DNA of 64,000 nucleotides from contig QCSF01000003.1 in the NCBI GenBank assembly GCA_003209195.1, positions 14,874 to 78,873 on the forward strand, written 5' to 3'. The stretch comes from Pelagibacteraceae bacterium AG-470-E16 (lineage in GTDB: Bacteria > Pseudomonadota > Alphaproteobacteria > Pelagibacterales > Pelagibacteraceae). Position 1 is the stretch's first letter; every line of letters starts with the position of its first letter. Position numbers and translations under genes: made by a program. Of this stretch, positions 20,849-31,671 are shown piece by piece. Under the pieces are notes generated by a model. That model had not been told where the DNA came from. It did no database searches and saw only the letters and a program-made list of their open reading frames with translations.

Positions 20849-22176
20849 TAAGTGATTTTACAAAAAAATTGTTACATAAGAAATTTTACATTGATAGTAG
20901 ATTAGTCAAAGAAAACGCAGTATTTATTTGTATTAAAGGTCCAAAAAACGACGGGCACAAATTTATAAAATCAATTTTAAATAAATATAAAAAAACAATA
21001 ATTATTTGTGAAAAAAAATCGAAATATTCGAAGATTTATAAAGATAATAAGCGAGTTTTTTTTTGTAATTCGTCAATTCAATTTATCAAAGATCTGGCCA
21101 AAATTAATAGACTTATTTTAGATAAGTCTTTTTTTATTGGAATTACTGGTAGTTCTGGAAAAACTACTTTAAAAGAAATGCTATATTCAGTGCTAAGTAA
21201 ATTTGAATTTACTTATAAATCTCCAAAATCATTTAATAACGAAATTGGACTGCCCTATACATTGATTAATCAAAGTAAAAGATCTAAGTTTAATATTTAT
21301 GAAATTGGAATGAATAATTTTGGTGAAATAGATCATTTAACAAAAATCTTAAGACCAAATCTAGGAATAATTACAAATATTGGTGAAGCTCATTTAGGAA
21401 ATCTTGGAAGTTTAAAAAATATAGCAAAAGCAAAATCAGAAATTATTAATAATATTACTAATGGTGGAACTGTTATTTTAAATCATGATTGTAAGTTCTT
21501 TCAGAAATTAAAAAAAATATCTAAAAAAAAAAAATTGAGAGTTTTTAGTTTTGGAATTAATTTCAATTCTACAATAAGTTATAAAATACTAAACAAAAAT
21601 CTTATAAATATTAAATTTAAAAAAAAATACTTTAAATTAAAGTTGCGGGATTTGAGTTTAAATAATATTAACAATGTCCTAACGTGTATTTTGACATTAG
21701 ATTTACTAAATTTAAAACTAAGTCGTGCAAAGAATACTTTAATAAATAGCAAAAACATAAATGGTAGAGGTAACAAAATAAATTTAAAAAAAAATATAGA
21801 AATAATAGACGATAGCTACAATTCTAATCCAGTATCATTAAAAAATTCAATAATTGAATTTTGGAAAATTAATACAAAAAAGAAAAAAATTCTTGTGATA
21901 GGAGATATGCTTGAACTTGGAAAGTTTTCCTCAAAAAAACATGCCGATGTCGCCAAATACCTGAAACGAATGAAATTTGATAGAATTTACTTAATTGGAA
22001 AAGAAGTTGTAAAAATTTTTAAACAAATAAAATCCACATTTTGGTGTAAATATTATAAAAATGTCAATAGTTTTTCTAAAGATTTCAATAATGTTTTATT
22101 GGAAAATACGATTATTATGTTTAAAGCTTCTAATGGCGTTGGTCTGTATAAACTTTTAAATAAAAAATTTTACTAA
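20845..22176 (+). CDS. murF: UDP-MurNAc-tripeptide--D-Ala-D-Ala ligase
   Basis: ITGSSGKTTLKE, SFNNEIGLP, EIGMN, DDSYNSNP, GDMLELG, KASNG. Confidence 0.93.
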   Translation: MISDFTKKLLHKKFYIDSRLVKENAVFICIKGPKNDGHKFIKSILNKYKKTIIICEKKSKYSKIYKDNKRVFFCNSSIQFIKDLAKINRLILDKSFFIGITGSSGKTTLKEMLYSVLSKFEFTYKSPKSFNNEIGLPYTLINQSKRSKFNIYEIGMNNFGEIDHLTKILRPNLGIITNIGEAHLGNLGSLKNIAKAKSEIINNITNGGTVILNHDCKFFQKLKKISKKKKLRVFSFGINFNSTISYKILNKNLINIKFKKKYFKLKLRDLSLNNINNVLTCILTLDLLNLKLSRAKNTLINSKNINGRGNKINLKKNIEIIDDSYNSNPVSLKNSIIEFWKINTKKKKILVIGDMLELGKFSSKKHADVAKYLKRMKFDRIYLIGKEVVKIFKQIKSTFWCKYYKNVNSFSKDFNNVLLENTIIMFKASNGVGLYKLLNKKFY

Positions 22177-23264
22177 TGTTAAATTACTTATTTCAAGAAT
22201 TTTCTTCTCAAATCTCTTTTTTAAACGTTTTCTCTTATATTACTTTCAGAACCGGTGTTGCAATATTTACATCCTTAATAATCGTGCTTTTTTTTGGACA
22301 GAGTTTTATAAATTATTTAAAATCTTCATCATATTTTAATCAGCCAATTAGAGATGACGGTCCAATAAATCATATAATTAAAAAAGCAGGTACCCCAACA
22401 TTTGGAGGTGTATTAATTATTTTTGGAATATTATTATCAACTTTAATGTGGTCAGATGTGAAAAATATTTTTGTGTTAATTTGCCTCTTCTCTCTCTTAT
22501 CTTTTGCTTTAATTGGATTTTTTGATGATTATTTAAAAATTAAATATAAAAATACAAAAGGTATATCAGCACTATCTAAAATTATTTTTCAATTATTGTT
22601 TAGTTTGATGATTTTTTATTTAATTTCAATTTCTACACAAAGCGAGCAAAGATTCTTATTAAATCTACCATATTACAAAAATTTGATTTTCGATATTGGG
22701 TACTTTTACTTTCCTTTTGCTATCATAGTGATTTTAGGATCATCAAATGCTGTAAATTTAACAGACGGTTTAGATGGTTTAGCCACAGTACCATTAATCT
22801 TAGTTACTTTAACATTTATATTAATAGTTTATTTAACAGGAAACATTGTTTTCTCAGAATACTTAAAAATAGTTTATATCAAAAATATTTCTGAAGTATG
22901 CATTGTTCTAGGTGCAACTGTTGGATCTTGTCTTGGTTTTTTATGGTTTAATGCACCTCCAGCAAAAATATTTATGGGTGATACTGGCTCATTAGCTTTA
23001 GGATCATTGCTAGGTACAGTGAGTTTAATTTCAAAACATGAGATTGTATTGTTAATTGCTGGTGGTTTATTTGTTTTAGAAGCTTTATCAGTTATCATAC
23101 AAGTATTCTCTTTCAAAGTATTTGGTAAGAGAGTTTTTAAAATGGCACCTTTACATCACCATTATGAAAAAAAGGGATGGGAGGAGTCTACCATTGTAAT
23201 AAGATTCTGGATTATTTCTATAATTTTGGTTTTAATTGCATTGGCAAGTTTAAAATTAAGATAA
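22176..23264 (+). CDS. mraY: Phospho-N-acetylmuramoyl-pentapeptide transferase
   Basis: KAGTPTFGG, DDYLK, NAVNLTDGLDGLA, FMGDTGSLALG, MAPLHHHYE. Confidence 0.98.
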   Translation: MLNYLFQEFSSQISFLNVFSYITFRTGVAIFTSLIIVLFFGQSFINYLKSSSYFNQPIRDDGPINHIIKKAGTPTFGGVLIIFGILLSTLMWSDVKNIFVLICLFSLLSFALIGFFDDYLKIKYKNTKGISALSKIIFQLLFSLMIFYLISISTQSEQRFLLNLPYYKNLIFDIGYFYFPFAIIVILGSSNAVNLTDGLDGLATVPLILVTLTFILIVYLTGNIVFSEYLKIVYIKNISEVCIVLGATVGSCLGFLWFNAPPAKIFMGDTGSLALGSLLGTVSLISKHEIVLLIAGGLFVLEALSVIIQVFSFKVFGKRVFKMAPLHHHYEKKGWEESTIVIRFWIISIILVLIALASLKLR

Positions 23265-24464
23265 ATGTTTTCTATTAAAGAATTAATAAATAAAAAAATT
23301 TTAATTTATGGTTTCGGGAAGACAGGCAAGTCTGTTAAAAAATATTTTGATAGTAATTGTATTAAATATTCAATTTGGGATGATAATAAAAAAATAAACT
23401 TACAAAATGTTAACAAAAATTTTTTAAAAAAAAAGTATGATTTTATAATCTTAAGTCCAGGTATAGATATATACCATCACAAGTATAAATCTTTTTTTAA
23501 GAAAAATAAAAATAAAATTATTACTGATTTAGATATTTTTTTTTCAAATATAGCAAAATGTAATTATGTTATTGGAGTAACAGGAACTAATGGAAAATCT
23601 GGATTTTGTAATTTATTAAAAAAAATTTTAAATAAAAATAAAATAAACTCTAAAATAATTGGTAATTTTGGTAATCCAGTTCTCAATATTAAAAATTTTA
23701 AAAATCAATATATTATTGTTGAATTATCTTCCTATCAGTTAGATTATTCCAAATATCTACAGTTAGATGTAGCATGTATATTAAATATATCTCCTGATCA
23801 TTTAGAAAGGCATGACACAATGTCAAGATACAAAGGTATTAAGTTAAAAATTTTTAAATTTTTAAAAAATAATGGAAAGGGTTTTTTCCTTAAAAGATCT
23901 TTTAAAATAAAAAAAAAGCGGAATATAAAAGGCTTTTTATCTATAAATAAAAAATTATTAAACGATATAATTGGAAAAAAAGTTTCTATATCAGATAAAG
24001 ATATCAAAGAAAATAATCTCAAACATAGAAATGAATTTTTTTTTAAAAAAAAGAATTTCAAATTTATAAACGACTCAAAGTCTACAAATTTTAACTCCAC
24101 AAGATTTGCTATTAAGAAATTTGAAAATATTTTTTTAATTTTAGGTGGTATTTTAAAAAAAGGAGATAATTTCTTTATTAAGGATTTGATGTATAGAATA
24201 AAAAAAGTCTATATATTTGGCAATCAAGTAAACTCATTAAAAAAAAGTCTTATCAATCAAAATATTCAATTTTATCATTGTAAAAGTCTTAAAGAAGTAA
24301 TTAAAATTTTTTATGAAATTGATTATTATAAAAATATTCAAAATCAAAGAGGTTCTACTTTACTATTTAGTCCAGGAGGAGCTTCCTTTGATGAGTTCGA
24401 AAATTATGAAAAAAGAGGGTTAAAATTTAAAAAATATATATATGAATTTTTCGAGAGAAAGTAA
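23265..24464 (+). CDS. murD: UDP-MurNAc-L-Ala--D-Glu ligase (shortened)
   Basis: GFGKTG, LSPGI, GTNGKS, ELSSYQL, DHLERH, NDSKSTN, SPGGASFDEF; 399 aa. Confidence 0.9.
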   Translation: MFSIKELINKKILIYGFGKTGKSVKKYFDSNCIKYSIWDDNKKINLQNVNKNFLKKKYDFIILSPGIDIYHHKYKSFFKKNKNKIITDLDIFFSNIAKCNYVIGVTGTNGKSGFCNLLKKILNKNKINSKIIGNFGNPVLNIKNFKNQYIIVELSSYQLDYSKYLQLDVACILNISPDHLERHDTMSRYKGIKLKIFKFLKNNGKGFFLKRSFKIKKKRNIKGFLSINKKLLNDIIGKKVSISDKDIKENNLKHRNEFFFKKKNFKFINDSKSTNFNSTRFAIKKFENIFLILGGILKKGDNFFIKDLMYRIKKVYIFGNQVNSLKKSLINQNIQFYHCKSLKEVIKIFYEIDYYKNIQNQRGSTLLFSPGGASFDEFENYEKRGLKFKKYIYEFFERK

Positions 24465-25551
24465 TAATTTCTTTATTCAATGGCTAAGGAGTTTAGATAA
24501 AATAATTTTAATTTTTCTTATTTTATGGATAAGTTTTGGTTTAATATTTAACATAAATTCTACCTTAGGATTTACATCAGAACGATTATATAATGACCCT
24601 AATTTTTTAATCAAAAAGTATTATTTATTTATATTTACTGGCTCTATTATAATTATCTTATCTTCTTTTTTTAATGAAAGTTTTTATAAAAAATTTTCAA
24701 AATTTTTTTTTATTACTTCTCTTCTTTTTTTATTAAGCACATTATTTTTTGGAATAGAGGCGAAAGGTTCGAAAAGATGGTTAAGTATTTTTTTTTTTAA
24801 TTTTCAGCCTGTAGAATTATTAAAACCCTCACTTATTATTTTTTTATCAAGTATATTTTCTAGTAATAACGTATTTATCTCTAAGTTTATTTGGTCTGGG
24901 TTTATTTCTCTATTATCGGTATTCATCTTACTTCTTCAGCCAGATTATACTCAAGCAATATTGATATTAATAATATGGTTCACCTTAATATTTATGTCAG
25001 GTTTGAATCTATTCATCATATTTTCCTTATCTGGTTTGGTTGTTTGTGTTATGACAGCAATATTAATATTTTTTAAAGAAAATTTTTTGTATATTTTTAA
25101 TAGATTTGATAATTGGCTAAGTTCAACAAATATTTCTTATCAGTCTGAGAAATCTATGGACGCCATTCATCATGGTGGTTTTTTTGGTAAAGGAATTGGA
25201 GAGGGTATTTTAAAAGAAAAAATTCCTGAGGCGCATACAGATTATATTCTCGCATCGATTAGTGAGGAATTTGGGATCATTTCAATTATATTAATTTTAA
25301 TGATCGTTTTTTCATTATTTATGAGGGTATTTGCTATTTGTCAGACTGAAATATCAAGTTTTAAAAAATATACACTTGTTTCATTGTCAACTATAATTTT
25401 GTTACAAATATTTATAAACGTAGGTGTAACAATTAACTTATTACCACCAACCGGTATGACTTTTTCATATCTAAGTTATGGTGGCTCTTCAATTATAACA
25501 AGTTCTTTTATGATGGGAATTATATTAGCTCTTACAAAGGTAAAAAATTAA
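24442..25551 (+). CDS. ftsW: SEDS peptidoglycan glycosyltransferase FtsW
   Basis: GSKRW, FQPVELLK, QPD, PEAHTDY, EEFG, SYGGSS. Confidence 0.93.
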   Translation: MNFSRESNNFFIQWLRSLDKIILIFLILWISFGLIFNINSTLGFTSERLYNDPNFLIKKYYLFIFTGSIIIILSSFFNESFYKKFSKFFFITSLLFLLSTLFFGIEAKGSKRWLSIFFFNFQPVELLKPSLIIFLSSIFSSNNVFISKFIWSGFISLLSVFILLLQPDYTQAILILIIWFTLIFMSGLNLFIIFSLSGLVVCVMTAILIFFKENFLYIFNRFDNWLSSTNISYQSEKSMDAIHHGGFFGKGIGEGILKEKIPEAHTDYILASISEEFGIISIILILMIVFSLFMRVFAICQTEISSFKKYTLVSLSTIILLQIFINVGVTINLLPPTGMTFSYLSYGGSSIITSSFMMGIILALTKVKN

Positions 25552-26666
25552 TGAAAAAAATTTTATTAACATCAGGAGGAACAGGAGGACATATGTTTCC
25601 AATATTGCGTCTTCATGAAAAATTACAATCAAAAAAAGAGAATTATGAGATTAAGATAATAACAGATGAAAGAGTAAAAAAATATATTAACTTAGATAAT
25701 ATAAAAATAATTAAATCAGACAGTCCGTTTAGAAAAAAGGGTATATTTCACTTATTAAAATCTTTTTTTTTTATTTTAATATCCACTGTTTACTGCTTAT
25801 TTTTTTTGGTTATTTTTAGGCCAAACATAATACTAGGTGCAGGTGGATATGTTTCATTTCCAGTTCTAATAGCTTCTTTAATTTTAAGAAAAAAGTTTAT
25901 TTTATATGAAACAAATGCTGTCCTCGGAAGAGTTAATAAATTTTTTTTACCATTTTGTGAAAAATTATTTTCTGGTTACCAGCAAATTAAATTTTTTCCC
26001 AAAAAGCATAATAAAAAGTTTCTGTATGCAGGACAATTAATTAGAAGTGAATTTTCTAATTTTTCAATTAATTGTAATGTTTATAAAAATCAAAATTTTA
26101 ATAAGGAAAATAACTTTTTGAGAATTTTAATTTTAGGAGGCAGTCAAGGCGCTAAAGTATTTAGTGAGAATTTCCCAATTTGTTTTCAAACTTTAATTGA
26201 TAAAAATATTAAGTTATCAATAAAACAGCAAGTTCATAATAATCAAAATTTTTTAATGAAAAAATTCAATTCATTTGATAAAGAAAAATTTAATATAGAA
26301 TTATTTGAATTTGAAAAAAATATAGCTAAATTTATTCAAGAGGCAGATATTGTAATATGTAGGTCTGGATCATCGACACTTGCAGAATTAGCTTTTTTAA
26401 ATAAACCGTTTATAGCTGTACCATTTCCATATTCTTTAGATAATCACCAATATTTTAATGCTATGTATTATTTTGAAAAAAATTGCTGCTGGGTACTTGA
26501 TGAAAAAAGTAAAGATTTCAATGATGATATTGTAAACATCTTAGAAGATATTTATATCTCAAATAATTTATTAGAAATAAAAAGTACAAATTTATTAAAA
26601 TTAAAGAAAAGCAAATATACAGAAGATTTTGTAATTAAATTATTTAAACATGGAACTGCAGATTAA
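25551..26666 (+). CDS. murG: Lipid II GlcNAc transferase
   Basis: GGTGGHMFP, GGYVS, ETN, GGSQGA, RSGSST, HQYFNA. Confidence 0.94.
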   Translation: MKKILLTSGGTGGHMFPILRLHEKLQSKKENYEIKIITDERVKKYINLDNIKIIKSDSPFRKKGIFHLLKSFFFILISTVYCLFFLVIFRPNIILGAGGYVSFPVLIASLILRKKFILYETNAVLGRVNKFFLPFCEKLFSGYQQIKFFPKKHNKKFLYAGQLIRSEFSNFSINCNVYKNQNFNKENNFLRILILGGSQGAKVFSENFPICFQTLIDKNIKLSIKQQVHNNQNFLMKKFNSFDKEKFNIELFEFEKNIAKFIQEADIVICRSGSSTLAELAFLNKPFIAVPFPYSLDNHQYFNAMYYFEKNCCWVLDEKSKDFNDDIVNILEDIYISNNLLEIKSTNLLKLKKSKYTEDFVIKLFKHGTAD

Positions 26667-28041
26667 TAAAAAAAATATTATTTATTTTATAGGTATTGGT
26701 GGTATTGGAATGAGTGGTATTGCTCTAATAATGAAAAATTTGGGCTACAGTATCTCAGGAAGTGATTTATCTAAGAATAGTAAAGTTTTAGATCAATTAA
26801 AAAAAAATAAAATTAAAATTATTATTGGTCATAATTCCAAAGCAATTTTAAAAGCAGATATCGTAGTCGTATCAACTGCGATCAAATCAAATAATAAAGA
26901 GTATGTGTTGGCAAAAAAGAATAAAATTATAATTATTAAAAGAGCAGATATGTTAGCACATTTGATTAATCTAAAAAAAAATATTATAGTTTCAGGTTCA
27001 CATGGAAAAACAACAATTACTTCTTTAATTTCTCATTTATTAAAAGAAAATAAATTTTACCCAACTATAGTGAATGGAGGAATTATTAATTCTATAAAAT
27101 CTAATGCAATATTGGGAAAAGGTGAGTGGGCAGTTGTAGAAGCCGATGAGTCTGATGGTAGTTTTTTAAAGTTTAAGAGTATTTTTTCTATCGTAAGTAA
27201 TATTGATTTTGAGCATATGGATTATTATAAAAATTTTAAAAACTTAAAAAATAACTTTGAAATTTTTCTAAAAAAAACACCATTGCTTGGAAAAAATATA
27301 GTCTGCATTGATGATAAAAATTTAAAATCTATATTAAATAAAATTAATAAAAAGAACTCACTTACATATGGTTTCTCAGAAAAAGCAAATTTGCAATGTA
27401 AAAATGTTAAATATATTGACATGGGTACTCAGTTTGACCTTTCCGTAAATTTACCAAAAAAGCAACTTTTAATACGTAAAATTAAACTTAGACTTTTGGG
27501 AGTACATAACATTTTAAATGCGACAGCAACTTTTGCTGTTGGATTATTACTTAATATAAATATTACAAAAATTAAAAAATCTTTACTTAATTTTTCAGGA
27601 GTGCAAAGAAGGTTAACTCTTTTATATAATAGTAAAAGTATAATTGTCTATGATGATTACGCACATCATCCTACAGAAATTAAGGCAGTTTTAAATGCTT
27701 GTAAAAACAATTTTAAAAATAAAAAAATAATAGCAATTTTTCAACCTCATAGATATTCAAGAGTAATGAATTTATATAAAGAATTTACAAAATCATTTGT
27801 AAAAGCTGACCAAGTCTTAATATGTCCAGTTTATTCTGCCGGGGAAAAAAATAAACATTTTAATTACGATAAATTTTGTAGAAATGTTGTTACTAATTCT
27901 AAAACAAAAGTAATTCAAACTTTTTCAAAAGAACAAATTAATTTATTTTTGAAAAAAAATTTAACTAATAATCAAGTAGTAATAGCAATGGGTGCTGGAA
28001 ATATAAGTGTTTGGATAAGGGATATTGTAAAAAGTCTGTAA
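26650..28041 (+). CDS. murC: UDP-MurNAc--L-Ala ligase
   Basis: IGIGGIGMSGIA, GSHGKTT, EADESDGSF, DDYAHHPTE, FQPHRYSR. Confidence 0.97.
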   Translation: MELQINKKNIIYFIGIGGIGMSGIALIMKNLGYSISGSDLSKNSKVLDQLKKNKIKIIIGHNSKAILKADIVVVSTAIKSNNKEYVLAKKNKIIIIKRADMLAHLINLKKNIIVSGSHGKTTITSLISHLLKENKFYPTIVNGGIINSIKSNAILGKGEWAVVEADESDGSFLKFKSIFSIVSNIDFEHMDYYKNFKNLKNNFEIFLKKTPLLGKNIVCIDDKNLKSILNKINKKNSLTYGFSEKANLQCKNVKYIDMGTQFDLSVNLPKKQLLIRKIKLRLLGVHNILNATATFAVGLLLNINITKIKKSLLNFSGVQRRLTLLYNSKSIIVYDDYAHHPTEIKAVLNACKNNFKNKKIIAIFQPHRYSRVMNLYKEFTKSFVKADQVLICPVYSAGEKNKHFNYDKFCRNVVTNSKTKVIQTFSKEQINLFLKKNLTNNQVVIAMGAGNISVWIRDIVKSL

Positions 28042-28046
28042 ATTAA

Positions 28047-28907
28047 ATGAAAAATTTAATATTAAATTACAATTTATCAAAAAATAGTTGGTTTGGTTCG
28101 GGCGGAAATGCTGATAAATTTTTTATACCAGATGATGAAGATGACTTAATTAAATATCTGAAAAATTTTAAAAACGAAAAATTTATACCAATTGGATCAG
28201 GTTCAAATATATTATTTAGAGATAATGGTTGCACAGAGACAATTATAAAATTAGGAAAAAATTTTAGGAAAATAGATATTTTGAATAATAAAATTTATTG
28301 TGGTGCCGCTACATTAAAAAATCAGGTATCGCAATTTGCTTTAAAAAATAGTTTTTCAAATCTCGAATTTTTAAGTTGTATACCTGGTACCATGGGAGGA
28401 GGTGTTATTATGAATGCCGGTTGTTTTGGTTTTGAATTTAAAAATATTTTACACGAAATACATATAATTGACGAGTTCGGAAATAAAAAAAGAATTAAAT
28501 CAAATGATATAATTTTTGGTTACCGAAGAACTAACCTACCAAAAAATATAATTTTAACAAAATTAGTATTAAATCTTAATCAAGGTTACAAAAAAGATAT
28601 TATTAAAAAAATCAATTTATTCAAAAGAACAAAAGAAAGTAAACAGCCGTCAAAAATAAAAACTGGAGGAAGTACATTTAAAAATCCAGTTTATGGCCTA
28701 AAAGCTTGGGAGCTTATTAAAAAAAGTGGATGTGATAAAATAAAATTTGGAAAAGTTAAATTTTCAGATTTACATTGTAACTTTATTGAAAATAAAGGAT
28801 CCTCCGGAAAAGACATTGAGGACTTAATTAATTATACAATTGATGAAGTTAATAAAAAATTTAATGTAATATTAGAACCGGAAATTAAAATAATTGGCGA
28901 AAAATAA
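28047..28907 (+). CDS. murB: UDP-N-acetylenolpyruvoylglucosamine reductase
   Basis: GSGSNIL, IPGTMGG..MNAG, GSTFKNP, HCNF, LEPEIKIIG. Confidence 0.95.
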   Translation: MKNLILNYNLSKNSWFGSGGNADKFFIPDDEDDLIKYLKNFKNEKFIPIGSGSNILFRDNGCTETIIKLGKNFRKIDILNNKIYCGAATLKNQVSQFALKNSFSNLEFLSCIPGTMGGGVIMNAGCFGFEFKNILHEIHIIDEFGNKKRIKSNDIIFGYRRTNLPKNIILTKLVLNLNQGYKKDIIKKINLFKRTKESKQPSKIKTGGSTFKNPVYGLKAWELIKKSGCDKIKFGKVKFSDLHCNFIENKGSSGKDIEDLINYTIDEVNKKFNVILEPEIKIIGEK

Positions 28908-29811
28908 TAAAAAAATTTTAGTTTTAATGGGGGGGAATTCAAGAGAACGACCTGTCAGTTTACAATCTGGTAGAGCTTGTTTTGAAACGATTAAAAAACT
29001 TGGATATAATGTTGTGAAATATGATCCATTAAACAATGTTTACCAAAATATTAAAAAAATCAATCCAGATATAATTTTTAATTGTTTACACGGAAAGTTT
29101 GGAGAAGATGGCGCGATACAAAAAATTTTAGAAAAACTAAAAATTCCATATACACATTCTGGAGTTCAATCGTCAAAAAATTCTATGGACAAAATAAAAT
29201 CTAAAAAAATTTATTTAGAAAATAATATTCAAACTCCAATTTTTAAAATAGTAAAAAATATTTCTGATATTGACCAAAAGATCTCACTAGCAAAATTTAT
29301 AATTAAACCAGTTAATGAGGGGTCAAGTTTTGGTGTTAAAATTTTTGAAAATTTATCTAATAATAATATAAACCAGATAAAAAATTTAATTAAGAAATAT
29401 AAAATATTAATTCAAGAACCATATATAAAAGGTAAAGAAATTCAAACAGCAGTTTTAGGAAAAAAAGTTATAGGATCTGTAGAAATAATACCAAAAAGAA
29501 AATTTTATGATTACAAAGCAAAATATTTTACATCTGCACAAACAGTACATCTAATACCTCCACGAGTTTCATCAAAATTACATACTAAAATCAAAAAAAT
29601 TGCTTTAAAAGCCCACAATTCGTTAAAGTGCAAAGGTGTTACAAGGTCAGATTTTAGAGTAATGAAAAATGGCGAGATATTCATATTAGAAACAAACACT
29701 CAACCTGGAATGACTAAATTATCTTTAGTGCCAGAAATAGCGTCAAATTATGGTTTAAGTTTTCTAGAATTAGTAAATTGGATGATTAAAGATGCAGGGA
29801 TCAAAAGGTAA
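28894..29811 (+). CDS. ddl: D-alanine--D-alanine ligase
   Basis: GGNSRERPVSL, LHGKFGEDG, KPVNEGSS, FYDYKAKY, ETNTQPGMT. Confidence 0.96.
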   Translation: MAKNNKKILVLMGGNSRERPVSLQSGRACFETIKKLGYNVVKYDPLNNVYQNIKKINPDIIFNCLHGKFGEDGAIQKILEKLKIPYTHSGVQSSKNSMDKIKSKKIYLENNIQTPIFKIVKNISDIDQKISLAKFIIKPVNEGSSFGVKIFENLSNNNINQIKNLIKKYKILIQEPYIKGKEIQTAVLGKKVIGSVEIIPKRKFYDYKAKYFTSAQTVHLIPPRVSSKLHTKIKKIALKAHNSLKCKGVTRSDFRVMKNGEIFILETNTQPGMTKLSLVPEIASNYGLSFLELVNWMIKDAGIKR

Positions 29812-30469
29812 AAGAAATTTATTTCTTTATTTAATTTTATTTTTTTTACTGACAAGTTATTTTTCGAATGAAAAAAATATTTTTCCTGTATTTAATATAG
29901 TGTCTGTTGAATATAAAAATAACGATTTTTTAGAGGAAAATATTAAAAATGATATAAGAATATTTTTAATAGGTAAAAGTCTTTTAAAAATTAACTATTA
30001 TGATCTATCAGCTATTTTTGGTAAAAGTGATTGGGTTAAAAATTTTAAGATTTATAAAAGATATCCAAATAAAGTTATTATAAACATTAAAGAGCACCAA
30101 CCAATAGCACTTTATAAAAATAAAAATAATGAATATTATTTGGTAAATAATAATTTCAAAATTACAAATAAAATTATTAAAAAAAAAGAAAAGAATTTAA
30201 ATCTGATTTATGTTTCAGGAACTTTTAAAAAACAACAATTTTCAAATATTTACTTAGAATTAATTAAATCAGATATTTTTAGCAAAATTAATAAATTAAA
30301 ATTATTAAACTTGGATAGATCAGATTTGTATCTGAAAAATGATACACATGTTAAACTCGGAGTATATGATATGCAAGAACAGTTAAATATTTTGTACAAA
30401 ATTACAGAAAAATATAAAAATGTTAAGTATATTGATCTAAGAAATAGAAATAAGGTAATTATGAGATGA
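29792..30469 (+). CDS. ftsQ: Cell division protein FtsQ (divergent)
   Basis: TM helix, POTRA-like WVK...KRYPNKVII.IKE, C-terminal YIDLR; position between ddl and ftsA. Confidence 0.8.
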   Translation: MQGSKGKRNLFLYLILFFLLTSYFSNEKNIFPVFNIVSVEYKNNDFLEENIKNDIRIFLIGKSLLKINYYDLSAIFGKSDWVKNFKIYKRYPNKVIINIKEHQPIALYKNKNNEYYLVNNNFKITNKIIKKKEKNLNLIYVSGTFKKQQFSNIYLELIKSDIFSKINKLKLLNLDRSDLYLKNDTHVKLGVYDMQEQLNILYKITEKYKNVKYIDLRNRNKVIMR

Positions 30470-31671
30470 TTGGAAAAAAAATTGCCATACTGGATCTTGG
30501 TTCTTATAAGGTGAAAATATTGGTTATATCATTAGATGAAGATAATTATATTCAGATTCATGCAAAATATTCAACTTTTTCATCCGGTATAAAAAAAGGA
30601 AATGTTACAGATATTGAAAAATTAAGTGCCATCATTCGTCATTCACTAGCTGTTATAGAAAAAGAGATAAACTTTGAGGTAACTGAAGTGTATGTAGGAA
30701 TCAATTCAATTAATTTTAATTTTTTAAATTTCGGGTTGACTAGAGATATTGGTTCTTACGAGATTGAAGAAAAAAAGGATTTACAAAATTTAATTAATTT
30801 GGCATCAGGAATTTTTTTTCAAAATTATAAAGATCATAAAATTATTCATTTTTTAAATTCAGGTTTTTATTTAGACAAATATAACTATGTTGAAAATCCT
30901 TTAGGATTAAGATCAAAAACACTTGATGTTAATTTTAGCTTTTTAAATTTAGAGAAAAATATTTTGTTAAATTTTAATAAAGTATTCAAGAATCTCGGCT
31001 TAAATGTTAAAAAATATTTTTATTCACCTTTTGCTAGTAGTATATTGTCCTCAGATCAAGAAGCTTTGGAGAAAGGATTTATAAATATTGACTTTGGATA
31101 TGATAAAACTTCTTTAACTGTATTTGAAAATTCTAAATTAATTTATACAAAAATTATACCAATCGGTTCATCTCATATTACAAATGATTTAATTAAGTCC
31201 GTTGACATAGATAAAAACTTATCAGAAAAAATAAAGTATAATTTTAATAAAATATTGAATGGTCAAGTTGATAGTATAATAAAATCTGAAATTTTTAAGC
31301 GAAAAATATCAATTGAAATAATTGTTAAAATAGTTGAAGCCCGAATAGATGAAATTATAGATTACATTCTTAAAAATATTATTTATTGTAAAGCTGTAAA
31401 TAAATCTGCCAGAAAAATTATAATTACTGGAGGAGGTTCTGATCTGAATATTTTAAGAGATAAATTATCTATAAAGTTAGATACTACTGTCGAATATGCA
31501 AAACAATCATTTCCAATTAAAGATACAGAATTTAATGTTTTTTCAGATTTTATGGTTTGTCTCGGAATAGCAAAATTAATTCTATTTCCAAACAAAGACG
31601 AAATTAAAGAATTTGTTCAAAAAAAGAAAGGTTTTTTTAATAAATTTTATTCTCTTTTTTTGAATAATTAA
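30466..31671 (+). CDS. ftsA: Cell division protein FtsA (divergent)
   Basis: LDLGSYKV, GIKKG, IDFG, IPIGSSHITNDL, ITGGGS, C-terminal amphipathic GFFNKFYSLF. Confidence 0.85.
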   Translation: MIGKKIAILDLGSYKVKILVISLDEDNYIQIHAKYSTFSSGIKKGNVTDIEKLSAIIRHSLAVIEKEINFEVTEVYVGINSINFNFLNFGLTRDIGSYEIEEKKDLQNLINLASGIFFQNYKDHKIIHFLNSGFYLDKYNYVENPLGLRSKTLDVNFSFLNLEKNILLNFNKVFKNLGLNVKKYFYSPFASSILSSDQEALEKGFINIDFGYDKTSLTVFENSKLIYTKIIPIGSSHITNDLIKSVDIDKNLSEKIKYNFNKILNGQVDSIIKSEIFKRKISIEIIVKIVEARIDEIIDYILKNIIYCKAVNKSARKIIITGGGSDLNILRDKLSIKLDTTVEYAKQSFPIKDTEFNVFSDFMVCLGIAKLILFPNKDEIKEFVQKKKGFFNKFYSLFLNN

